32,000 nucleotides of DNA from Candidatus Methanoperedens sp. (GCA_027460535.1 JAPZAR010000031.1:1-32000); one strand, 5' to 3'. Counted from the first letter of the stretch, positions 17,601 to 25,532 are shown. Numbers and translations are program-made. Notes: generated by a model from the sequence alone, not told the origin.

Positions 17601-17609
17601 GACATGCAT
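14604..17609 (-). CDS. Membrane-anchored multiheme c-type cytochrome (16 heme motifs) with two inserted S-layer-like beta domains
   Basis: N-terminal signal peptide. By eye I count 15 CxxCH plus 1 Cx4CH (CNNNDCH). Two paralogous non-heme domains lie at about aa 405-505 and 585-700. There is a C-terminal TM helix (VLGSVILALITGLTAAYLFY) with a basic tail. Confidence 0.9.
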   Translation of the reverse strand: MHVINNRSIIFSLLLFITINLMPAAMAGFENCIDCHGTILAGMPYVNLTSLNNSMHGRVNNVNDLNYACYACHWDGTPPKIHPIDLSLVKMCSDCHVSNLFNAPLVSEHIQNGKDINISTSCTTCHSNSVDTNASYFNIFDRVSHYGTTNNLIQSKDCAFCHYNNSGNSIWGAPNDPRISFVALNHTPFTASTECYGCHVRGGGTPPTFHDSTMGLGGNKNCISCHDIGGAAPYHVNFSAANDDKAVHRTLNANAITSLNSNNLRCWACHGDGDGSENAQPAGGHPLNYKTPKNCNNNDCHSLSQSPYQEPMVYSHFQNASLNGNQNNATNYNITTSVQCQICHLNSLVITDNNTDLALTSHYASTDNLIDSFKCTYCHLVKNNSEAWGNATLIYKNTTSLIELEKERNKLTAFEGESVYLGNGYSLKVVEISSERSEALIQLLKNYSIVDEFSIGVGSQYNYEEYTTIDNGTFKMPIIILNITSIFKGANQSLIQFSGFRTARVHAETNSTACFACHLYRYSPEKQRYLVIDRDLEENPNNDIIYFTNVFVDFISENKSKIYYNGDDYVLNQINTDFGTFLPSPSLQKYLKVGETWNLGENISLKLNDVSTDSKQALLALMINNSVVEDWAVTSGSEFSYTRPIRYKGYQDINVTIFSANLTSVVQANPNFVILKDVLAISPSIMKTTANTTAFGYNSSWLFPNDTFIVGKVPENLHIPNLYTDQRMWADCVNCHDTSRKLNIPNFDAVSSRLGKHDRLNGNASIDTLLSDSIDKACWACHTLDSQEPQSHVPTYTTPRSCKSCHIYQENPNFGAINISDEPHALEQNCESCHILQSHNLKRFLVSPVIREAALDNIEAVKGEKLKLTARAMAGYKMKIRAAEYFMDRMGTSGNGTPLGLINGTYDSQVEDVTAEINTTNISVGAHVIYIHAMERNNNWGEFYPVNFTITEKSMVSDIKKVIHNVLGSVILALITGLTAAYLFYSKPLWRLYSISKLVRK

Positions 17610-17688
17610 TTTTATAATTTAATTACGTTTTTATTATTATTAAGGACATGTAAGAATTTGGATAAATATTAAAAAATGATAGGGGCCA

Positions 17689-18753
17689 TCACCTCTTCCG
17701 TCCGAACATATAACCTGCCAAAAGCAATATCATTGCCATGGCGGCATTAAATCCCGGTGTCTTCTTTACAGGTATTGTCACTGCAGTTGGCCCTGGTTTT
17801 TGTGGTGTTTCTTCCCCCGCTACAGGTGTTTCAGCCGGTACCACCACGCCCTTCAAGCTTGTTATTGCAAATGGCGAGAAGGAATTTGTCTTTGCCTCAA
17901 AGTGAGTGAAAAGCTCATCTTTTCCTTTGGATCCAGTTTCCAGGAGTTCCCATTTTGTTCCATCCCATCTTTCAAGGGCAACATCGGTATCTTTGAATTC
18001 GTTCGATATGAGCCATGAATTCTCGACCTTGAATCTTACAGTAGCTTCTTTTATGTTCTTTGGAACTGCGAAGCCAGATGTTCCGACCCAGATATTGACG
18101 TATCTATAAACGGTCCCAGGTGCGCTTGTTTTTACAAGTGTTGACGTATCTTTTAGAAGTTCGATCTGAGTATTTATCAACCCTGCACTGACAGCCCCAA
18201 TGATTTCGAGCTGATAGACTGGGAGTATTGGAGTAGTGAAATTGTATCTTGTCGGCAGATCCTTGGCTATGAACTCTTCTTTGGACTCTTTAGCCTGGAT
18301 ATTTGAGTAATTCTCACCTGATGTCCCGCCGCCACCGCCGCCGCCTGATGGGCCACCACCACCGCCACCTGATGGACCACTGCCGCTGCTTCCTGTTGAA
18401 AGTTGTAGATTTTCCTCCTGGTCATCTAAAGCTGCTCTTGGTCCGGTCCATGAAGCCGACTTCCCGGTAGCAGTTGCTGTTATCGTCATGGAATCGCCTG
18501 CATTGACACTGACTGGCAGGTTTGCGAGCTGGAATACATAATATCCGCTGGCAATACCTCCAGTTGTCTGAGTCACATTTGCGGTGGTAGTACTATTTGA
18601 ACCTCCAGAAACTGAAAGCACTACTGTCACACCATTTATGGGCGTGCCATCGGTATCAGTTACCCGGCCGAATACAGTAAATGGGTTCCCATCCGATGCC
18701 ATTACAGGTATTATTGCTAACAGGAAAAAAATTGAGAAGAGAATTTTTTTCAT
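17689..18753 (-). CDS. PGF-pre-PGF domain surface protein with a PGF-CTERM archaeosortase sorting signal
   Basis: The likely start is MKKILFSIFFLLAIIPVMA at 18753, 10 nt after the upstream cytochrome stop; the track start 18810 overlaps that gene. Domain order is CarboxypepD_reg-like domain, poly-Gly linker, ENYSNI...YRYVNIW...FSPFAI (PGF-pre-PGF pattern), a Pro/Thr linker, then TPGF plus TM plus GRKR at the C-terminus. Confidence 0.8.
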   Translation of the reverse strand: MKKILFSIFFLLAIIPVMASDGNPFTVFGRVTDTDGTPINGVTVVLSVSGGSNSTTTANVTQTTGGIASGYYVFQLANLPVSVNAGDSMTITATATGKSASWTGPRAALDDQEENLQLSTGSSGSGPSGGGGGGPSGGGGGGGTSGENYSNIQAKESKEEFIAKDLPTRYNFTTPILPVYQLEIIGAVSAGLINTQIELLKDTSTLVKTSAPGTVYRYVNIWVGTSGFAVPKNIKEATVRFKVENSWLISNEFKDTDVALERWDGTKWELLETGSKGKDELFTHFEAKTNSFSPFAITSLKGVVVPAETPVAGEETPQKPGPTAVTIPVKKTPGFNAAMAMILLLAGYMFGRKR

Positions 18754-18763
18754 AATATCCTCT

Positions 18764-21700
18764 CTATTTTGTTCCCACAAATGTGTACGTGTTTCCATTG
18801 GTGGTACCATTCCCTTTTATAAAGTAAGGTTTGTAGCCTGCCATGGTGAAATTGGTTCCTGAATAAAATCCGACACCTCCACTCGGCACTATGATCTGGT
18901 AACTGACCCATATCTGGTTGGTTGAATCCCATTTGAGCACTTTTGAGACGCCAGGAATACCTGTTGAAGATGTATACAGGAGATTTCCTGCATACAACGT
19001 CGGGTTCGGGTTAAGCCAAAGCACGATGAGATTATATTCTGATACCAGTGTGTCGGTAGTGTAGTATGTGGTGCCGCCGCTTGTCAAATTCGGGGCGATC
19101 GATCCATTAAAAACCGACCTTGCACCGTGGCATTTGTTACAATCTATAGTCTTACTGATATTATGGAACGTCCAATCTGTAGCTGTACTGGTTCCTCTGT
19201 AAGTTGTCCATTTATTGGTGCTTTGATTCCTGTAGACACCACCTTTGACTTTTCCTGTACTCACATTAACCACATAGTCTGTACTATTCCTTACAAAAGT
19301 ATCGTCATGACATGCATCGCATGTTACATTCCCGTGGCTTGAATATTCCCTGAAGTTAGAGGTAGTGTGCTCGGATGTTGCTACATGGCATGCTTCGCAA
19401 CCTGTTTTAGTTGTGGCAATGTTATTGACCTCGAACGTATGTTCTGAACCATTATTGATGGTTGAATTCATATGGCAGTCAGCACATGTGAAACCCAGGG
19501 AAGTTTTATGGGATCCGTCATAATAAATATCACGGTCAGAGATGTGATGAGAACTTCCGTTGTGGCATTTCTCGCACAACTCCGTAACATTCCCCACTGT
19601 ATCATAGACAGGCGACCCGGCTGAACTGCTTGAGGTGGCATTGTAAAATGCAATGTATATCGGTGATGTGCCATTACCACTATATGTATCGTTGTGGAGG
19701 TTATGACAAACCCTGCACTGGACACCTTGGTTATTTGATGTGTTATAACGCGCGCTGTTTGACTGATTATACATCGGAGGTGAATGACATTTTAAGCAGT
19801 AGCCGCTGTAATATGTTCCATGAAGACTTGATTGAGCATGGCCGCTCTGGTTCCATGCTATGGTTTCATTCTCTATCTTAGGTTGTCCTCCACCAGTTCC
19901 ATTGTGGCATGTCAAAGTACATGTATAATACGGGAACATGCCTTTACCAACACCGCCATTGGTGCTGAGGGGAATACCTGTAAGATTGTAGTTATAGAAG
20001 TTGTACTCAACAGTCAGATTATGGTCATGGGTGTATAGCGATGAGTTAAGGGCGAACTGCTGCGTTGTGTTCGCAAAGTGGCACTGCGTGCAGTCTGCAT
20101 AATTCTGCCCGTACCCGTGATTTCCATGGCTTTCACTAAGGTTAACACCTTCAACGTGACAATTCCTGCATGAGTTGCTTTCATTCACGATGTAACCTGT
20201 GTAACCATTATGCTGTGTATCATAGCCAGCATGGCAATCTGTGCAGTTTGGTGCAGCGACATTCATTGTCTGGTTATGATTTGAGTTGTTGACTGCACTG
20301 GCGTATGAAGAGTGGCATTTGACGCAACCAATGTCTCCAAATGTCGGCGCTAATAATGAGCTCGTTACAGCGGACTTGGTACCATGACACTTATCACAAC
20401 TAACATCCTTACTTATATTGTGCAATGGCCATGTTGTTGGAGCTGCAGACCCATCTTTGTAGCTGGATATTAATCCTGTTGCTGTGTCATTATAGAGACC
20501 ATAAATTATTTTGACTCCCGTACTGTTAAGGCCGACTGCATAGCCAGTTGCATTCCTTGCAACTGTCTTGTCGTGACAGGCTTCGCATGTAACTTTACCT
20601 GTATGGTTCGCTGTGAACTGGAATGTATGGTCTCCTGATTTATGGCACACTTCACACCCAGTTACACCTGTTGTTAAGTTCGTGACTTCGAACATATGTG
20701 ATTGGTAATTGAATCTTGCACCACTAGTAGTATTCAAATGACAATCAGCACAATCAAAGCCAACTTGGGTCTTGTGAGTTCCTGCAAACTTGCTGTCGTG
20801 GCCATCTCCATAATGGCATTTTTCACACAAAACTGTAGCATTGGCAACCGTGTCATAGATTGTGTAACCCGCAAGAGAACTTAAAGTTGCGTTATAGAAC
20901 GCCAGTATTCCTGTCCCTGGACTACTAAACGATCTATTGTGGAGGTTATGACATACCCTGCAATTAATACCCTGCCAATCGGCTACTGGAATAAGTGTAC
21001 CCGATGATGCACTCGCATTATAATTCAGAGGCGACTTGCATTTGGCACAGGAATTCTTCTGGTCAGTGGGGGGTTCTACCAATGACTGGGCATGCGCACT
21101 CTGGACCCAGGTTTGTGATGCATTGTCGACTTTTACATTGCTACCATCGTGATGATGGCATGATGCCGCATCGCATGAATAGTATGGAAACGTTCCTACG
21201 CCCACACCACCATTACTCTTTAGAGGCATCTGTATCGTTCCTGTTAGATTGTATTGATAGAAGTTACGGATAATTGTCAGATTGTGGTCATGTACATAGA
21301 GTGACGCATTCAAACTGAAAGACGTGTTCATATTTGCAAAGTGACACATCGTACAATCATCGGTTGATGTATGTTTTTCATCTTTGGTTTGATGGCACCC
21401 TGAATTCCTGCACGTGTTACTTTCGTTCACTGTAAAACCCTTGGCTCCTGTTGTATGACCGTAGCTGGGTACATATCCTACGTGACAGTCAATACATGCA
21501 GGCGCGCTTGCATTCAGGGTCTGGTTATGCTTTGAGGCGTTATATGCAGTGGCGTATGTAGGATGGCAATCTGCACATACGAGGCCAGTCGTAATCGTGC
21601 CGTTAAATACAGAGGTTGCATTGTGGCATTTGCTGCAATCTACACTCTTGGTTATATTATGCAGGGGCCATGTTTTAGGTTTACCTCTGTCCAATACATA

Positions 21701-22969
21701 AGTAGTCCAATTACTGGTCGGGGTCGGTTTCCACAGACCGTAATTACCGTCACTTGATACGGAATAGTTCGTAGCATTTACTGTTGTAAAAGTTTGATCA
21801 TGGCATGCTACGCATTCAACTTTACCTGTATGCATTGACGTGAACTGGAATGTATGGTCTTCTGATTTATGGCACACTTCACAGCCGGTCACATTTGAGG
21901 TAGTGTTCTTGACCTCGAATGTATGGAACTGCGTTAAATCACTTTCGATTGATCTGTTCGCATGGCAACTGGCACAGGTGAAATTCGCACCAGCTGGGTC
22001 TTTGTGAATTCCTGCAAACTTACTGTCATGAGAGGTAGTTGTGTGGCATTTCTCGCACAATTCGGTAGCATTGTGAACCTGTACATAGACCGGGTAGCCC
22101 GCACGAGAGCTTAGAGTTCCATTATAGAACGCTAGCGGTTCTCCATTCACCGGGCTGCTATAAGAAACATTATGCATGTCATGGCATACCCTGCACTGGA
22201 TGCCCTGCCAGTCGGCCGCTGCCACAGGTGCGCTCTGGTTGGCACTTACGTTATAGTTGGGCGGTGACTTGCATCTGGCACATGACATCGTCTCACTGCC
22301 GGTATATGATTGTGCATGTTTACTCTGGTTCCAGCCGATGGTTATATTTTCCTTACTTTTGCTTGTATGGCAGGTCAGAGTACAGGTATAGTACGGGAAC
22401 ATGCCCTTGCCTACATGGCCGTCGGCGCTGAGGGGCATTCCTAAAAGATTGTAATTATAAAAATTGTATTCAACGGTGAAATTATGGTCATGTTGGTAAT
22501 AAGTATGAGAACTAGAAAGAGGAAACACTTTAGTAGTATTGGCGAAATGGCATTTTGTGCAGTCTGCGGGACTAGCTGCATTGCCGGTATGGGTGTTTGT
22601 ATCAACAGGACGCGATCCACTGGTTGCATGGCATCCAGGTTGACCATTTTGTAACGTATTACAGGTTGTCACTGTGACCTGGTATCCGATATAACCGCTA
22701 ACTGTATGCGTGCTAGTATCATATGCCCCCCTGTGGCAAATAAGACAGGCAGTTGTTTGGGAGTTATCTATATTATCATGTTGCCTCGGTAAAAAAGTTA
22801 TCGCGCTGTTGGAAGCGATGGCTGAAACATATGCAGGATGGCAGGCATTACAAGCATTATTTGTAACATCTTGAGCCGTATAGGTTGCAATCGCTTCCGG
22901 TATGGCTACCGCCACAGCCAATAAAATCAAACACATCAATATGCCGTTTCGTTTCATAGTACCCATCAT
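18764..22969 (-). CDS. Giant secreted multiheme c-type cytochrome, 1401 aa, about 36 heme-binding motifs in three 12-heme modules plus a C-terminal non-heme domain
   Basis: Signal peptide (ILMCLILLAVAVAIPEAIA). By eye I count 29 CxxCH, 2 CxxCK, 2 Cx3CH, 2 Cx4CH and 1 Cx9CH. There is no C-terminal TM. Confidence 0.9.
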   Translation of the reverse strand: MMGTMKRNGILMCLILLAVAVAIPEAIATYTAQDVTNNACNACHPAYVSAIASNSAITFLPRQHDNIDNSQTTACLICHRGAYDTSTHTVSGYIGYQVTVTTCNTLQNGQPGCHATSGSRPVDTNTHTGNAASPADCTKCHFANTTKVFPLSSSHTYYQHDHNFTVEYNFYNYNLLGMPLSADGHVGKGMFPYYTCTLTCHTSKSKENITIGWNQSKHAQSYTGSETMSCARCKSPPNYNVSANQSAPVAAADWQGIQCRVCHDMHNVSYSSPVNGEPLAFYNGTLSSRAGYPVYVQVHNATELCEKCHTTTSHDSKFAGIHKDPAGANFTCASCHANRSIESDLTQFHTFEVKNTTSNVTGCEVCHKSEDHTFQFTSMHTGKVECVACHDQTFTTVNATNYSVSSDGNYGLWKPTPTSNWTTYVLDRGKPKTWPLHNITKSVDCSKCHNATSVFNGTITTGLVCADCHPTYATAYNASKHNQTLNASAPACIDCHVGYVPSYGHTTGAKGFTVNESNTCRNSGCHQTKDEKHTSTDDCTMCHFANMNTSFSLNASLYVHDHNLTIIRNFYQYNLTGTIQMPLKSNGGVGVGTFPYYSCDAASCHHHDGSNVKVDNASQTWVQSAHAQSLVEPPTDQKNSCAKCKSPLNYNASASSGTLIPVADWQGINCRVCHNLHNRSFSSPGTGILAFYNATLSSLAGYTIYDTVANATVLCEKCHYGDGHDSKFAGTHKTQVGFDCADCHLNTTSGARFNYQSHMFEVTNLTTGVTGCEVCHKSGDHTFQFTANHTGKVTCEACHDKTVARNATGYAVGLNSTGVKIIYGLYNDTATGLISSYKDGSAAPTTWPLHNISKDVSCDKCHGTKSAVTSSLLAPTFGDIGCVKCHSSYASAVNNSNHNQTMNVAAPNCTDCHAGYDTQHNGYTGYIVNESNSCRNCHVEGVNLSESHGNHGYGQNYADCTQCHFANTTQQFALNSSLYTHDHNLTVEYNFYNYNLTGIPLSTNGGVGKGMFPYYTCTLTCHNGTGGGQPKIENETIAWNQSGHAQSSLHGTYYSGYCLKCHSPPMYNQSNSARYNTSNNQGVQCRVCHNLHNDTYSGNGTSPIYIAFYNATSSSSAGSPVYDTVGNVTELCEKCHNGSSHHISDRDIYYDGSHKTSLGFTCADCHMNSTINNGSEHTFEVNNIATTKTGCEACHVATSEHTTSNFREYSSHGNVTCDACHDDTFVRNSTDYVVNVSTGKVKGGVYRNQSTNKWTTYRGTSTATDWTFHNISKTIDCNKCHGARSVFNGSIAPNLTSGGTTYYTTDTLVSEYNLIVLWLNPNPTLYAGNLLYTSSTGIPGVSKVLKWDSTNQIWVSYQIIVPSGGVGFYSGTNFTMAGYKPYFIKGNGTTNGNTYTFVGTK
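19127..22852 (-). repeat. Intragenic triplication: three paralogous modules of about 417-425 aa (first Cys of each at aa 40, 465 and 882)
   Basis: The motif order is conserved in all three modules. DNA-level identity persists, e.g. tgaactggaatgtatggtct.ctgatttatggcacacttcaca at about 20614 and about 21841 (offset 1227 bp). Confidence 0.9.
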
Positions 22970-23194
22970 CTATCCATTGTTCTGCTTGAAATGGCGTTTT
23001 TTTCTGCAGATATGAATATAATATCGTTTATGTACTACCCCTACTTATATATTTCGCATGATAGTAATTATAATGATGAAATATTTAATGATTATAAGTC
23101 TTTATGGATGTTACTGACTTTTGCCAGAAAGACATTTAGAAACAGATAAATTCTTAAATCAAAAATGCTATTATGCCCCTGTAGAGGTGCTAAC

Positions 23195-24466
23195 ATGAAA
23201 TTGATTGCGTATTTATTTTCACTATTGATCCTGGCGGCGCCGGCGGTCGCCTCGGATTGGAGCCAGTTCGGATATGATAGTTCTCATTCTGGATTTACAA
23301 CGGATAGCGTTGTACCTCCGCTTGTCTTGAAATGGACTGCAAACCTCTATTATAATACGGATTCATCCCCTGTAGTCGTGAACGGGGTTGTTTATGTAGG
23401 CTCAAACGGTGGAGTCCATGCGCTCGATGCAGAATCCGGAAAAGAGATCTGGAGGTCCCCGACAGATGGATTCATAGGAGCTGTTCCCATGGTCATGGAT
23501 GGGACACTGTACGTTGGGGGGAATGACGAACACTTTTATGCAATCGATATAAAAGATGGCTCTAAAAAATGGATCTATAAGGATGCTACCGGTGGGTTCG
23601 TTTCCTCCGCCACTGCTGCCGATAATCTTATTTATGTAGCATCAGAAGACGGCTCTCTCTATGTATTTAATCCCCAGGTCGGAGAACCTTCGTGGACTAA
23701 ATTAACAGGGAAAAGCATAGATTCGTCTCCTGCCGTTTCAAATAACACGGTTTACTTCGGGAATGACAATGGGGCTTTTTTTGCCCTTGATGCCGGGAAT
23801 GGCAGGGAGATGTGGCATTATTACACAGACATAGGTATGATAAAATCTTCACCTGCTGCTGCAAATGGCATCCTGTTCTTCGGTTCAAATAATGGAAATG
23901 TGTATGCTCTGACGGATAAAGGGGCTTTGAAATGGAAATTTTCGACAGGGAGCGATGTGGTATCATCTCCTTCGGTTAAAGATGGTACGGTCTTTGTAGG
24001 CTCAAAAGATTTTAACTTTTATGCTATTGATTCTGCAACAGGAAACATGAAATGGAAATTCCAGACAGCGGGCTTTGTTGATGCTTCATCTGCGATTTCA
24101 AATGATGTCATTTATTTCGGGTCGAAAAATAATTTCATCTATGCTCTTGATACTAATACAGGGAATCTCCTCTGGAAAAACTTGACTGGAATGGATACCA
24201 CAGATTACATAACCTCGCCTGCTATCTCCGGTAATATGCTTTATGCAGTAACCCATAGCGGAAAAGTATATGCATATTCTATTGCAGGGGAGGTTCAGAC
24301 AACTCCGGCCATAACACAGACAATAAAGGCTACAACAATATCGCCTACGCCAACACCTGTCCAGACACCGGCAGTTACCACCCCACAAAAGACGCCGGGA
24401 TTTGAATATGCAGCATTAATACTGTTAATAGCAGCGATAGTAAGGAAAAGAATTAATTCTAAATGA
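23195..24466 (+). CDS. PQQ-like (BamB-type) beta-propeller repeat protein with a PGF-CTERM sorting signal
   Basis: The start at 23195 (MKLIAYLFSLLILAAPAVA) has a gaggtg RBS. About 8 repeats of the SSPAV.NG.VYVGS.DG..YALD...G...W type are present. A Thr/Pro linker is followed by TPGFEYAALILLIAAIVRKR. Confidence 0.85.
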   Translation: MKLIAYLFSLLILAAPAVASDWSQFGYDSSHSGFTTDSVVPPLVLKWTANLYYNTDSSPVVVNGVVYVGSNGGVHALDAESGKEIWRSPTDGFIGAVPMVMDGTLYVGGNDEHFYAIDIKDGSKKWIYKDATGGFVSSATAADNLIYVASEDGSLYVFNPQVGEPSWTKLTGKSIDSSPAVSNNTVYFGNDNGAFFALDAGNGREMWHYYTDIGMIKSSPAAANGILFFGSNNGNVYALTDKGALKWKFSTGSDVVSSPSVKDGTVFVGSKDFNFYAIDSATGNMKWKFQTAGFVDASSAISNDVIYFGSKNNFIYALDTNTGNLLWKNLTGMDTTDYITSPAISGNMLYAVTHSGKVYAYSIAGEVQTTPAITQTIKATTISPTPTPVQTPAVTTPQKTPGFEYAALILLIAAIVRKRINSK

Positions 24467-24605
24467 AATCTTCTTAGAGCCGATAGTATTAACAAAATGA
24501 ATTGCACCCAGGGAGGATTTTTTCTCCTTTCTTGGTAATATATGGTTTGAATATAGGAACCTGAATAGAGATATTTTATATTAATCCAGCATCGTATTGT
24601 AAATT

Positions 24606-25532
24606 ATGTTCAGGATACGTCTGCGTGATTTTATAATTACCAGTGATGACTGGATATTCGCGGTTGCGGATTATTGTCACGAGAAGGGCATCCGTTCTGT
24701 TCTCAGATACGTGCCTGACCCAGAGGGTTCAAGAGGAACGCGTAAAAAATTCCGCAAGCTGGACTTCGACGATGCCTTCAGCTTTATGAAAGCGAATCGC
24801 CCTCAGTGGGTGGATGATGTACATATTGTCCCATGGGATTGTGTCAAACAGGTGCTTGCTCCAGAGAAAAAACTCCCTATTTTGCTGAAAGACAATAAGA
24901 AACTGAGAGACATAGTAAACACTCTCCTGAAAGGGGATGTGCCACTTGAAAAAATGGGAGTGACGGGGTCTCTACTTGCCGGCTTGCAGAACGAATTCTC
25001 AGATATAGATTTCATCGTATATGGAAAATCCTGGTTCCAGGCGCGGGATATCATAGCAGAGGCAAAAAAGGAATGTTCTACCGTTAAAGAGATAAGCGAT
25101 GAAATGTGGCATGATATTTACAGGAAAAGGAAGCCCGAGCTTTCCTTTGATGAATTTCTCTGGCATGAGGTAAGAAAAGGAAACCGCGGCATGGTGGATG
25201 GGACATATTTTGACCTCCTTTATGTAAGGGACTGGGAAGATATCACCCGGTGTCTGAGGGGAAAAGATATAGGTATGGAAACGATCCGGGCAAAGGTCAC
25301 GAATGCCGATTTTGCATTTGACAGCCCCGCTATCTTTGAAATCGACCATCCCGAGATAAGCTGCGTGCTGTCCTATACCCACACCTATGCAGGCCAGGCA
25401 CTGGTAGGGGAAAGGATCGAGGCTCGGGGAATGGTAGAGGTCGTGGGTAATATCAAAAGGCTCGTTGTTGGGACATCAAGAGAACCAAAAGGGGAATGGA
25501 TACGTTCCCTCACGCTTCTTGAGAAGGAATAG
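24606..25532 (+). CDS. Predicted nucleotidyltransferase (Pol-beta superfamily; archaeal COG1665-like)
   Basis: GVTGSLLAGLQNEFSDIDFIVYG is the G-S ... D-x-D minimal NTase motif. It is preceded by an N-terminal domain of about 115 aa. Confidence 0.55.
   Translation: MFRIRLRDFIITSDDWIFAVADYCHEKGIRSVLRYVPDPEGSRGTRKKFRKLDFDDAFSFMKANRPQWVDDVHIVPWDCVKQVLAPEKKLPILLKDNKKLRDIVNTLLKGDVPLEKMGVTGSLLAGLQNEFSDIDFIVYGKSWFQARDIIAEAKKECSTVKEISDEMWHDIYRKRKPELSFDEFLWHEVRKGNRGMVDGTYFDLLYVRDWEDITRCLRGKDIGMETIRAKVTNADFAFDSPAIFEIDHPEISCVLSYTHTYAGQALVGERIEARGMVEVVGNIKRLVVGTSREPKGEWIRSLTLLEKE

Noticed and set aside
15040-22647. Many 60-92-aa track ORFs inside or antisense to the two cytochrome genes (e.g. 15040..15279, 15099..15350, 17148..17333, 19127..19342, 20995..21273, 22228..22431)
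   Set aside because: All are embedded in long ORFs whose CxxCH periodicity and signal peptides make the coding frame unambiguous. The short ORFs are Cys/His-codon mirror artefacts with no motifs of their own.
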